A stretch of DNA of 62,647 nt, the filler included, from Neophaeotheca triangularis (Eukaryota), in the NCBI GenBank assembly GCA_054600435.1. It is 4 parts of 4 records of this genome, joined end to end, with 100 filler letters (N's around TTAATTAATTAA, not from the genome) between each part and the next. Parts side by side here need not be neighbours in the genome. Positions count along the whole stretch, not along the records: positions 1 to 17,630 come from BAAIJX010000118.1; positions 17,731 to 33,790 come from BAAIJX010000119.1; 2 more parts are not named here. The stretch is one strand, 5' to 3'. Below are positions 12,501 through 23,833 of this stretch, piece by piece. Under the pieces are notes generated by a model. That model had not been told where the DNA came from and did not search any database. It saw nothing but the letters and a program-made list of their open reading frames with translations. The position numbers and the translations under genes are program-made. The first letter of the stretch is position 1; every line of letters begins with the position of its first letter.

Positions 12501-12713
12501 TCGAGTTCGCCGAAAAAATCCCTCGCCATCACTACTTTGATCGTCTCGATATAAATACTAATCTCCTTCCCTCTCCTTCAATACAGACTTACCAAAACCT
12601 GGCGTCCTGATGGTGACGAATCAAATCACAAGAAGCTCGGAGATGATGTTTTGGATGGACGCATGCGAGGGCAGTATCAAGACGAGCGGCGGCGGGATGA
12701 AGAAGATGGTTGA
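9560..12713 (+). CDS. CSC1/OSCA1/TMEM63-like (RSN1/DUF221) calcium-permeable stress-gated cation channel
   Basis: Exons 9560-11477, 11529-12267, and probably 12587-12713. Multiple TM helices; motifs LRPRWPGLYSAR, SAGLDAYVFL, AFVTM, PAPADVIWPN, YKYQLLY, FINPSLVAP|LTKTW. The last exon is my choice between two in-frame acceptors. Confidence 0.9.
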
Positions 12714-14164
12714 GTCGGATTGGGGTTAGGGGGGTTTGGGGACTTGGGGGTTGTTTTATTAGAGACGAAGGGGGGAGGGGAGTTAGTTTCTTTGGGCTTT
12801 GGGAGGTGGATTTGGGCTTTTTTTATTTTTTGAGTCGAGGGTTCATGTCGGTTCTCTTTTGCTCGATACCCACCCCTTAATTTCCTTTTTTTTTTTTTTG
12901 GATGTGCCAACGACGTGTACGTGAAGCGAAGCATTCTCGACGAGCTTGTACGTGAATAGGTGTGTAAGTTTGGGTGTAATGGTTGAGGAGGAGGGGGATG
13001 TAGGACTAGTGCTGCTACTGCTGCTCTATCTATATGACTTTTGAAGTTAGACTCATTGCGTTGTCGAAGTGTAGGTACATGTAGGTTCGGAGTAGGTAGG
13101 TAGGTAGGTAGGTATGTACGTGTGTATGGTATGTTTGTATGCATGTATGTACATATGCATGTACCTATGCTATAGTAGGTACCTAGTAGTCAGTCAGTCA
13201 GTCATCAGTCAGTACCTAGGTAGGTAGTAGTCACGGCACGCTTTCGCTCCCGTCTCCGATGGGTTGACAGTTGACCGGCTCTCCTACATTAACCCGTATG
13301 TAGGTACTACCTAGTATGTAAGGTATTTACATCAACGTGCGTTAGGTAGGTAGGTACATGGCCGCTTTCCTTGATTTAGTTACCTACTTTCATTGGGCAA
13401 AAGCCTCCTCTGTCATTAACTCGGATACACGGCACATGGTGGTCTGTCTGACTTGGGGGCTAGATCGGGAGGGGGAAGGCTAGAACGGTCGGTACGATGG
13501 GTACCGTACCTTGGTACTTGAGTCTACTACTACTACTACTATTACTACTAGTAGTAAATACTATTACTACTGTCTTTACCAGACATACTGAATACCTTAC
13601 GGTGGGATTAATCTAGCCATGTAGATATCTTGTGTAACTGTTTCTTCAACGTCGCACCGTCTTCTAATGATTGCAGCCTGCGCATTTGACGACGGACCCG
13701 GACCGACTTCCGTCAAGAAATACTAATACTAGCCTAGTAGTACTTGGAAGTCTGGCTGACGTTGGACTTGTCTGGCCAGGCTAGACTTTCTGCTTACACG
13801 CTTATTATTATGCCTACACTAACTTATCACTACTACTACTACTACGTACTTCCTCCTACTTTACATCGCAATAGACTTTTATGCTGTCGTCGACAACGAG
13901 AGCGAGAACTGACCCCTCGTTACCGTGCATTGTTCCTTCATTCATTCTTATTCATTCATTCCCTAGGGCTACCTGTACTCTTTACTTTACTGATTCACCC
14001 ACCTCCCTCTGCTGGACAGAAAGACATCCACTTCCTTACCTCAGCTCCTGTTCTTCTCACCCATTCGCCTCCGAAGTATCCCCTCGACAACGCCTCCTCC
14101 CATCACATCACATTGCATGCTGTAGTAACTCGTCTAGGCATCGTACGGTTCAAAACCCAATACA

Positions 14165-17100
14165 ATGCCCAACAACACCAAACATACCCCGATTCCCCTC
14201 TCCCGCCAATCCATCTGCTTCCCCCAACCGGGCACGAGAAATGTCCTCCAACACAATAGCACCGGCTTCCTCTCGGAAATCTCCCGCCTCTACGACCCCA
14301 GCGAAAACAACGCCATGGAGCAACTGGTAGCGCTCAAAACCCATCTCCGTACCCTCTCAACCCCGCAATTCTGGTCCGCCCTCACCGAAGCCATGTCCAC
14401 CATCCTCGGTGCCGAAATGACCTTTGTCTTCAAACGCGTTCTCATGGACGAGCAGAACGCGGCCGTTGAGATGCCGCCCCTGGGCCAACAGGGTTCGTGC
14501 ATGATGGCCGCCGCTTTTTACTACGGCGGCCACGCTACGGGACCAAAAGACCAGCTCAAAGGTTTCAAGTTCCACGCTTACGGCTGTCCTTGCGCTTACA
14601 TGCGCCATGACAAGGTCTTTCTCATCCCTGAACGCTTGAACGACTTCATCACCGATAATCCCAACAAGCTACCCGTGCCTGCCGAGGCCTACATGGCCGT
14701 CCCGCTATTTGCCCAAGGCAAGTGTTTTGCCCATTTCGGGGCCATGTGGTCAAAGGAGGGGTTGGAGGCATTGTCGCTTTCCTGGGCTTTTGTCGAGATG
14801 CTACTCCATTCGTTGGAGGATCAGGTGCTGGCGCGGTTTATGGAGGGTTCTGAATTAGCGACCGCTTCCTCGCAACAGCCTTCTACCAATGGGGAAAAGG
14901 CGAGAGTGATTCCCCACGAGGCTGTTACCGCGGCGCAGTCGTTAAGACCATATGCTGGGAGTCTGTCTCATGAACTGCGCACGCCCATGCAGGGGGTGGT
15001 TGGTATGTTGGATGTAATGTACGCGACCGTGCAAGAAGCCATTGACGGACAGATGAATCCCGAAGTGCGGCGGGTTTTTGAGGCGCTAAAGGACAACATC
15101 GAGGTCGTACAGGACAGTTCCAGACGCGCCGTCGAAGCTGCCGATAATGTGGTGCATGCTTATGATATGGATATGAGTGTGCCGGAGAAGCCGCATTCAT
15201 TACCCATGGAGGACTCAACCGAGACGACGAGTGCGGGTTCTCCTTTTTCGGTCTCTGCTGGGCTTGCTGCTGCGGCGGCGGAGAAGAGGCCGGAGATTCT
15301 GGTTGCCGGGAGTAATTTGCCTTTTGCTAGATCGCAGAAGAGGAGGAGGAATGACGCTTTCCCTTCAAGATTGGGTGGGAGTTGTCCGAAAGTGGCGAGA
15401 AGGGAGTCTACAGGGGAAGAATTCTTCACGGGGCAAGTGCTGGACAGTACCGAGCATCATGTCGAGGTAAATGAAGAGCAGGGTGCAGAGGCGGGCGATG
15501 AGGAAGTCGAGCACTCCACTTCACCAGACCCAGGACGATCAATAGCTCCCGGCCTCCGCCATGCTGATATACGTGATACCCTCCAGTACGTAATCAGCGA
15601 GGGACTCAAAATGGGAGGCCGGCCAGACTCGGCAACATCCTTCGAAACCGACTTTGGGGAACGTATTGAAGTACGCACGCGCGGCTCCGACGGGACAACA
15701 AGTTTCAAAACAATCGACTGGACCGTCGACCCCAACGTGCCAGAGACCATGTTCATTGATGAAAAAGACCTATCCAAACTCGTCTCGTGCGTCTTCCTCA
15801 ATGCCATCAAATTCGCAGATCCCGTCCATGGTCTTGTCAAACTGCGCGTCAAAATGTCTCACAAGTCACGCTACATCACTCTCAAAATTTCCGACAACGG
15901 GCCCGGCATCCCACCAGCCTTCTTACCCAAACTCTTCAAACCCTTTTCCCAAGAAAACAACTCCATAACTCGACAATCCGAAGGGCTAGGCTTAGGCCTT
16001 ATGGTCGCCAAAGGCATCGCGCGCAAACTCGGCGGCGACCTCATCTGCTCGCGCGCCGAAACCGCCGGTCCCGCTCACGGCTGCGAGTTTGAAATCAAAA
16101 TCCCCCTCATGGCAGGCGAGACCATCAGCCGTCCCAGCTCGCCCTTTGGATCCCCTTTACCCCGTCAAGCCCGCTTACACCACTCGGTGCGAACCCCACC
16201 ACTGGCCCCGAAACCTATGAGTCCCGCTCGCGTCACCCACGCTCTCAACGGCGTCGTCGAGGATCAGTTGCTGGATTGCTTCGCTCTGGATGGCTCTCAA
16301 ACCTCGTCGCCTTTGTATAAACCCAAGCACAACACGCAACCCCCGATTTCTTCGGCCGTTCCTAGCGATGTGCGAACCCGCCGACCGCCACTACCAGCCT
16401 CTCCCCCTCCTTCCGACTCTTCGACTGCTACGTCTGGGTCCGCTTCGTATTCTTTGCAGCAGCAGCATCAACACCATCACCATCAACATCAACCACAACA
16501 TCAACGTCAACATCAACATCAACAACATCAGCAACAAGAACAAGAACAAGAACAAGAACAACATCAATTTCAATTTCAATATAAACAACAGCATCAACAA
16601 CAACAACAACAACAACACCACCCCCCCGAAAAACCCCCCCACCACCCCCGCCGCCGCAAACCCCCCCACAACGCCCCCCTAAACAAAAACCTAGCCCTCC
16701 AATACCCTCTCAACATCCTCGTGGCCGAAGACAACAAAATCAACCGCCGCCTGCTGGTCAACATGCTGGGCAAACTGGGTTACAAGGGCGTGTACGAAGC
16801 TCACGATGGCGTCGAGGCCGTTCGTCAGTGTTGCGAGGTTGAGAGGGCCGAGGGTCAGGGGGTCGATTTGGTTTTGATGGATTTGTGGATGCCTAGGTTG
16901 GATGGGTATGGGGCTGCTGGGGTTATTTTGGGGGTGGGGGGTGAGGAGGGGACTGGGGGTGGGGCTGGGGCTGGGGCTGGGGTTGGGGAGGGGAGGGGGA
17001 GGGGGACTGTGACTGGGGCTGGGACTGGGACTAGGACTGGGAGGGATTGTGGTTGTAGTCGTGGGGGCAATTGTGTTGTTGAAGGAGAGTGTGGTTGTGA

Positions 17101-17533
17101 TACCGATTGCGACTGTGATTGTGATTGTCATCGCATTATTGAGGGGGGTAATGGTAATGGGGTTGGCGACGATGACGGTGATGGTGACAGAGCAGATTGC
17201 GCCACTACTTTTGCCGCCGCCACCGCTGCTACCACTGCCGATGCCGCTGCCGCTGCCGCTGCCGCCACTACCACTACCACTACCACTCCAGCAACAACAG
17301 CAATAACAACAGCAACAACAGCAACTCCAGCAACAACAACAACAACCCCAACCAACCCTCCGACTAGACTCCCAACTAAACCAACCATCCTAGCCGTCAC
17401 AGCTGACGTCACCGATGGCGCTCTCGAGCGTGCCGCTGCAGTCGGTATGAAGGGTTTCATGACTAAACCGTATAAACTTTGTGATTTGCAGAGGTTGATT
17501 GCTGAGACTTGTGCGCGGTTGGTTGATGAGTAG
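14165..17533 (+). CDS. hybrid sensor histidine kinase / response regulator
   Basis: 1122-aa ORF. GAF-like N-terminus, H box LSHELRTPMQGV, N box FLNAIKF, G1 ISDNGPGI, F box LFKPFSQ, G2 GLGLGL. Receiver motifs ILVAEDNKINRRLL, DLVLMDLWMPRLDG, ILAVTAD, GFMTKPY. Confidence 0.93.
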   Translation: MPNNTKHTPIPLSRQSICFPQPGTRNVLQHNSTGFLSEISRLYDPSENNAMEQLVALKTHLRTLSTPQFWSALTEAMSTILGAEMTFVFKRVLMDEQNAAVEMPPLGQQGSCMMAAAFYYGGHATGPKDQLKGFKFHAYGCPCAYMRHDKVFLIPERLNDFITDNPNKLPVPAEAYMAVPLFAQGKCFAHFGAMWSKEGLEALSLSWAFVEMLLHSLEDQVLARFMEGSELATASSQQPSTNGEKARVIPHEAVTAAQSLRPYAGSLSHELRTPMQGVVGMLDVMYATVQEAIDGQMNPEVRRVFEALKDNIEVVQDSSRRAVEAADNVVHAYDMDMSVPEKPHSLPMEDSTETTSAGSPFSVSAGLAAAAAEKRPEILVAGSNLPFARSQKRRRNDAFPSRLGGSCPKVARRESTGEEFFTGQVLDSTEHHVEVNEEQGAEAGDEEVEHSTSPDPGRSIAPGLRHADIRDTLQYVISEGLKMGGRPDSATSFETDFGERIEVRTRGSDGTTSFKTIDWTVDPNVPETMFIDEKDLSKLVSCVFLNAIKFADPVHGLVKLRVKMSHKSRYITLKISDNGPGIPPAFLPKLFKPFSQENNSITRQSEGLGLGLMVAKGIARKLGGDLICSRAETAGPAHGCEFEIKIPLMAGETISRPSSPFGSPLPRQARLHHSVRTPPLAPKPMSPARVTHALNGVVEDQLLDCFALDGSQTSSPLYKPKHNTQPPISSAVPSDVRTRRPPLPASPPPSDSSTATSGSASYSLQQQHQHHHHQHQPQHQRQHQHQQHQQQEQEQEQEQHQFQFQYKQQHQQQQQQQHHPPEKPPHHPRRRKPPHNAPLNKNLALQYPLNILVAEDNKINRRLLVNMLGKLGYKGVYEAHDGVEAVRQCCEVERAEGQGVDLVLMDLWMPRLDGYGAAGVILGVGGEEGTGGGAGAGAGVGEGRGRGTVTGAGTGTRTGRDCGCSRGGNCVVEGECGCDTDCDCDCDCHRIIEGGNGNGVGDDDGDGDRADCATTFAAATAATTADAAAAAAAATTTTTTTPATTAITTATTATPATTTTTPTNPPTRLPTKPTILAVTADVTDGALERAAAVGMKGFMTKPYKLCDLQRLIAETCARLVDE

Positions 17534-17630
17534 GGAGGAGGTTGATGAGGAGGGAGGGGGTTGGTGAGGAGGGAGGGGGTTGGTGAGGAGGGAGGGGGTT
17601 GATAAGGAGGGAGGGGGTTGATAAGGAGGG
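17521..17630 (+). repeat. 19-bp G-rich tandem repeat (GGTTGRTRAGGAGGGAGGG), about 5.8 copies, running into an assembly gap
   Basis: Units start at 17521, 17540, 17559, 17578, 17597 and 17616. The first unit overlaps the kinase stop codon. Confidence 0.85.
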
Positions 17631-17730
17631 NNNNNNNNNNNNNNNNNNNNNNNNNNNNNNNNNNNNNNNNNNNNTTAATTAATTAANNNNNNNNNNNNNN
17701 NNNNNNNNNNNNNNNNNNNNNNNNNNNNNN
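17631..17730. other. artificial assembly spacer (N44-TTAATTAATTAA-N44)
   Basis: 100-nt spacer whose palindromic core puts TAA in all six frames; followed by a ~95-nt poly-C tract. Confidence 0.97.
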
Positions 17731-17749
17731 GCGCCCCCCCCCGCCCCCG

Positions 17750-17829
<80 letters not shown>

Positions 17830-18586
17830 CCACGTCGTGCTGTGACTACACTAACCTATGTATGCATATATGTACGTATATATATATACATACACATCTC
17901 ATAAACCGCGTCGTCTCGCTAACCCAAGGCCATTCGTCGCGGGGCCAGCTCACAGGTACACAATACCGAGAGTCGAAGCGCTAGAAGGGTTCCGTCGTCA
18001 AGACGCTTAGAACCGGACGGGAAAGGTTCGTATCACGCATGCAAGCGGTCTGCCCTTTTTCGATTGTCGACAGACGCGTTCTCGCGGGAGAGTCAGAGAA
18101 ACAGTGATGTCAGGGCGTGGCGCACCCATCCATCGCTTCAGAGCAGTCTAGAGCTGCAGCTCTAGCACCACCGACAGTTTCGCTTTGCCCGACTGAGAAC
18201 AGGCGTCGTTGGAGGCGAGATGCGTGAGTCGAAGGGGGGGTTGAGTAGCGTGGTCGTTTTTCCAGTACGGAGAAGAACTACATACCTATGTGGACGGCCG
18301 ACTAGCCAGTGCCATACACGCAAAAACGCTAGAACGCGATTTCCTTACGCCGATCCTGATCCTTGGGGGCTGTGTTTTATGCCAGCCGATGCTGCGTATC
18401 CCCCTACCATCCTGTTTCAAAAAGTGCTCAAAAAAAAAAAAGGAAGAGATCAGTGAAACGCCGAATGCCCTCATTTTGGTATCATCGCAGCCGTTCCGAC
18501 CCCCAAAAAAAAAACACCAAAAAAACAGAACAAACCCACAAACGCAACAAAAAACCCCCCAAACCCCCTACGCTACCACTCCAGTT

Positions 18587-19870
18587 CTAGACCCCGCCAG
18601 TCGTAGCCCTAGGCATCATACTAACAACCCTGGGCTTCTTCAACAATTTCGGCCCAGTAGCGCCGGTCTTTGCCTGCTCTTGGCGCAGGACTTCGGCCGG
18701 AGCGGAGAATTTCCTCGTCGGCCCGCCGCGAACTCGCAGGTCGAAATCGCCGTCGACGTCGGTGGGGCAGGGTGGGAGTTCCAGCACTGGGGCACGGTAG
18801 CTGGCGCCGCGGGCGATCATTTTCGACCTCACGCTGCCCGAGGAGGTTTTGGGGCGGAGTTGGGAGAGCGGGGAGGGTTCGTCGCGGGAGAGGGCGGGTG
18901 GTTGTGGGCTTTTGGGTGTTGTGGGCGAGGCGGGTTTGGATGTTGTGTTGCTGCGGCTTAGGCCGAAGCGGCTGAGGTTGAAGAAGGAGGTTGATTGACG
19001 GGGTTGTTTGCGGGGAGGGGTGGATTTTGGTGATTGCGGCATCGGAGGAGAGTATTCGAGGGGCGAGTTGGGGTCGTCTTTGAAAAGGCCCATGCTTCTG
19101 TGGGAGATTGTTGTTGTTCCCGAGGATGTGGTGGGTCGTTTGGGGGAGTTGTTGTAGGCGGCGTCTAAGGTGAGTGTGCTGGGTTGTCGACGTAGCGACT
19201 TGCTCTTTGGGAATTCTTCTTGCTCGGCGACGGAGCTGGGTGCTGTTGATGTTGCTTTATCGATGGATGATCGAGGGCTGGACTTTGCGTTGCTGCTCTG
19301 GTCGTCGGTGTCGTACTCTGCCAATTCCATATGGCTAAGGCGAGACACTGGAGGCTTGAGCGAGGATCTCCGTCGAGTGGTCGACTCTGACGAGGTACTG
19401 TTGGTTTTGACAATCTTGGGCATGGATACTACTTTAGCCCGGCCAGCTGGGACGATGGTGACGGTCTGAGCCTGGGTGCATCGAGATTGCGTGGAGTTGC
19501 CAGTTGCTGTGGTTTGCTGCTTGGACGATGGCAGGGCCGATGTCGAGGCCTCGACAATCTCGGCGTCGTCGAAACTATCGATGGAGTGGACGCTCATGTC
19601 GTCGTCTTCGATGGGCGAGGGGGCCTCTTCGTCTGAGGTGTACCCTTGCATGTAGGCAGACTCTCGAGGCAAGGTTTCAAACGCAGGTGTGGCCCCCTTT
19701 GTCTTGGCGGCCATGTCAAATGTAGTTGTGGTAGTCGTCTCCATGGCGGTGGTATAGACGGAGTCCTCGGCGATTGTTGTTGGGCAGAAGGTGTTGTAAG
19801 AAGGGCTGAGGCCTATCGTGGGATGGACGAGGAAGACTTCCATCCTTCTCGAAGACGGAGAGGGAGGCAT
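18587..19870 (-). CDS. hypothetical Ser/Thr/Pro-rich disordered protein
   Basis: 427-aa uninterrupted ORF with ATG start. Short motif-like islands (CTQAQTVTIVPAGRAKVVSMPK; KMIARGASYRAPVLELPPCP) sit in low-complexity sequence. The true start Met is uncertain. Confidence 0.7.
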   Translation of the reverse strand: MPPSPSSRRMEVFLVHPTIGLSPSYNTFCPTTIAEDSVYTTAMETTTTTTFDMAAKTKGATPAFETLPRESAYMQGYTSDEEAPSPIEDDDMSVHSIDSFDDAEIVEASTSALPSSKQQTTATGNSTQSRCTQAQTVTIVPAGRAKVVSMPKIVKTNSTSSESTTRRRSSLKPPVSRLSHMELAEYDTDDQSSNAKSSPRSSIDKATSTAPSSVAEQEEFPKSKSLRRQPSTLTLDAAYNNSPKRPTTSSGTTTISHRSMGLFKDDPNSPLEYSPPMPQSPKSTPPRKQPRQSTSFFNLSRFGLSRSNTTSKPASPTTPKSPQPPALSRDEPSPLSQLRPKTSSGSVRSKMIARGASYRAPVLELPPCPTDVDGDFDLRVRGGPTRKFSAPAEVLRQEQAKTGATGPKLLKKPRVVSMMPRATTGGV

Positions 19871-22800
19871 AAACTAGGTAAGGTTAACGCTCGTGACGGC
19901 GTGTCCCGTGCTTCAGGGCTACCACCACTCCACCACCATCATGCCACACTACGGTGCCTGAAGGGGAAGAGTCTACTAAAAGTAAACGGGGGCCTCGAGC
20001 GGGCGCCGCTCGCAATTTGGAAAGAGCGGGTCTCGAAAGAAGAAGAAAGTGGACAAGCGAGTGTTTTAGTGGCTCAAGCGAGAGAGAGGGTTCTGCAGGG
20101 GGTTGTAAAGTTGTAACAGAAGTAAAAAGCACCCGAAGTTATGTGCAGATGAAAGTTTATTGTCGCGGTTAGACTGCGGGTCGGGTAGATTCGTCACGAA
20201 TCGTGCAGCCAAGCGGTAAGTGGTGCTTTAAAGTACTAGAGTACCTAGTATACGTACTTGTAGCTCTAGTAGAAAAAGGGTACGGTACCTCGGGTACTTA
20301 GGTAGTAGTAGTGAACTAGTAGTGCCTGAAGATCCATGTGGGGACGGCTTGCCCTCGTACCCTGAAGACTATCTGTGTACTTTGTACCTCATCTAGTCGT
20401 TGCCGTGCCGAGTCCCTGACATGTACCTTGGTATAATGGACATGGTCACGGGCCTTCGCCTTCGAATAGATTATTACAGATATCACCGACAGTAGGTAAT
20501 AATAACTAAACAATTTGTGAAGATGAAGATACGCCCTGTCCTTGGCATCCAGCGCGGATAGCGAAGAGTTCAAGTAAAACGGAAGTGTAAGAAGAGGAGC
20601 TTGAGGGTCAGAGGGAAGTAGAGTTCAGCGTCGGGTCTTTTGCATAATAATGCTGCAGACTATGTACGGAAGCGCAAGTACTTGTAGGTAGGTATCTAGG
20701 TAGTTAACCGGATCTTCGACGCAGCAGTAGGTAGTAGTCTCTAGTCTCGAGACACTCAACACAGGAACTGCAGCTTCCCGCCCTTTCCTGCCGTGTTACA
20801 CGATAGAGTCTGAGAGGCTTCTGCAATCGCGTGGAGCAGGTCGCATTCATATTCATGTATGACAGTAGTAGTATGAGGCGTGTCTCGATGCAGCCAGTCA
20901 TCAGCGTTGCGAGAAAGTACCTTGGGCTGCAGAGGGCTACTATTATTATCACATCACCAATGTCAGGTCTCCCCCCATCACACTACCGTCCGTGGCTCGT
21001 GGGTTCGACTGTGTCTTCACCATGTTTGCTTCCAAAAGGTATGATGATGATATGACCGACCGGTACTAGTCCACTGGAGGTGTTGAATATGGGATGGGGG
21101 AGAAAAGTAGGAGGAGAAAGAGTGAACAGAGAAAGTGTTTGGAATTACCGTAGGTACTATGTTTCAGAACGACGGTATATGAGTACGTATCTTTCCGATA
21201 GCGCCCATGTTAGCGCATCGCATCTGCAGGCGTGACCACTGACCGAGCTGCAGGCAAGTATTGGACGGGAGCTAGAAAAAGCCGGCGAAACATGGAATTA
21301 TCATTCCCCAATTATCATTATTATTGGAGCCTCATCGAGCCTCATCAATCATCTCACGACCCGGCTCCTCGGCAACGACGTCTTGGCCAGACGTCTCTCT
21401 CTACCTTCGACTGCTGCTGAGCTGTCTGCCTGTCGAATAACTAAAATACCCAACTGCCGTTGACGTTGACGGTTGAGAGACACTCATTCGTGTACAGACA
21501 GACTACGAGTCGTGAAAACACCTCATCAGTCATGGCCACCGGAAGAACTGAAATTTCATGCCCACGTTGAGTGTTATATTACTATTGACACTCTCACCGC
21601 CACTTGACCCTCTCCCCTCATGAACAAACAGGACCTTTTCGCCAAAATCTCGTAATCCGCCCATTTGCTCTCGTGTCCGAGACTTGCACTCCCCCTGCCG
21701 TCATCGTCTCGCAACAGCAATAGGAAGATGCTCGAACCGCCATTTTCTGCTGCATTTCCCCAAGACAGCGACGTTTCAGGAAACAGCATGGCAAGACAAT
21801 CCCCAGCCGCTCTCGCTTCCACAACATCATCACCTCTCCCTTTAGGGCATCGAAACCGACAAAATGGCATGAACCAAGCAAGCAATTCTCGGCAAAGCCG
21901 CGATAACTGCATCGGGTACCACCAGCACGCGACGCAATGCGAGGAGCAGGCATCCGTCCCCGCTCTGTATTCCGAGCACGTGCTGTTCAGCGCTCTTGCA
22001 GATGCATATGCTGTAGCTGTTGGCCGCGTCTCTCGGTGCATGGAGCTGTGGCTCAACGTACAGTATGTTTCGAGTCGGAGCTCGCTGGTATGAGGTTGAT
22101 GAGGCTACCCTCCCTACTCATCAGCAACGGCGCTCGTTTTGGAGTGCTCAGGTTTGTTGTACGGGGGATTTTCATTGCCTTGTCTTGTCTTGCCCTGCCC
22201 TGCCTTGCATCTTGTCTCGTCTTGCTTGCAGTCGTCTGCCCGGACATGTCTGGAACGCGGGGCAGAGGCCGTAAAGAAAACGCATCTTCGTATCATGACG
22301 TTTCCGAGATCGGTAGGCAAGTAACAAGATGCCCTCTTCGTCTGTCGTGAGAGGAATAAGCTCGATCTACCAGCCACTGCAAATCACTCCCAGAACCAGT
22401 AAGCTACTCTCTGTCTACTATTGGAAAGCAGCACGTTGGAGAATCGTGCAGGTCTCCAGAATTTCTAGTGTATCTGCTCAGCAAAACATTCCAAGTATGC
22501 GACTGGAGGCGTCTAGAGCGAAAGCTGGGTCCTGCGGATGGATACCACCGCTAGCTTGTGCTTTTTCGTGGCATGGTGTTCTTGTAATTCCTCCACTAGC
22601 ATCTCTGCCGTCCAGTGTTGGGCGAGTCGAGGAGCATTTGAAGAGGTGAGGAATAGTAGCAGGTAAACATGTTGCCATCACTCCGACAAGGCAGCAAAAC
22701 ACGCCTTGGCACGTGTCCAACGAGTATCCCCTACACTACAGCTCCCAAACTTACCTTACCGAGCAGCTAGTAGGTAATCGCCCTTCCTAAGCCATCCCCA

Positions 22801-23833
22801 AGACTGCTGGACTTTCGCGAGATGTTTGCAGCCCCGCATGCAACGACACCGTACCCTGAGCCGGACTTTGCGCTTCTCATCGCCTACCACTGAGCCTGAC
22901 CCTCGCAAAGAACGGCACGCACTAGGCCACCGTCACCCAAACCGCGATCAACGCATCAACGAAGCGGCTATAACCACAAACGGCATCATGCACAGTCGGC
23001 ACAACACCAAGACCGCCCCCCGAAAGGGACGGCGGTTTCCACGCTCGCACCTTCCCAATCGCTCCATCCCCTCCCCATCCCCATCCCATCCGCGTCCAAA
23101 CCAACCACCAGCAAGCAGCAACAAGCCCTCCTCCACCGCCAGCCACACGGCACCATCCACAGCATCTTCCGCCTCGCGCACTTCTTGTTTCTATCTATCT
23201 ATCTATCCATCCATCCATCCATCCACCCCTACCTCCTCCCTTCGAACCAAAGCCGTCACGCCCTCATTTTCCCCCCCCCCCCCCCCCCCCCCCACCCGCG
23301 CAAGCCGTCACCCATAGCGAGATACCATTCTTCATGTACACGTACCCGCTCTCGGATGGATTTCATTTTAGAGTAACCTCGCTAGGCACGATCGTGGTTC
23401 GCCGTACCGCGCGTCCAGTCTACTGCGGAGTATGATAAAACCTTTTTTTTTTTTAAAAAAAAGAAGTTTCCAGCGAAGCGTTGGCTAGAGGGAGGGGAGT
23501 GAGCGAGCGCTATACGGCTGTCGCGCACGAGCGGGCGTGCGTAGCCTATGTAGAAGGTCAAGCTTCGAGGTGTTTGTGAACGTGAGAAGTCCGGCGCGGG
23601 AAAAAAGAAAAAAAGAACTTTCACGTCCTCGATCGAGAAGATGGGTCTTTGACATGGGGCACATGATCGTATACTTAGACCTGGGTCGTAGACTCTGGGG
23701 GTGGTAATCTAGCTAGAACACCGACTTGGGGGGAAAATAAAAGTGGAAAGGAGCGATATATCGTCCCAGAGCTGGTTCTAATCGGCCCAACAAGATGTGT
23801 ATGCAATCTAAACGCCGGAAATGCATCAGTGCC

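Noticed and set aside
17675..17686. TTAATTAATTAA as a biological repeat or transposon target site
   Set aside because: Centred in fixed-length N runs three times; a synthetic linker.
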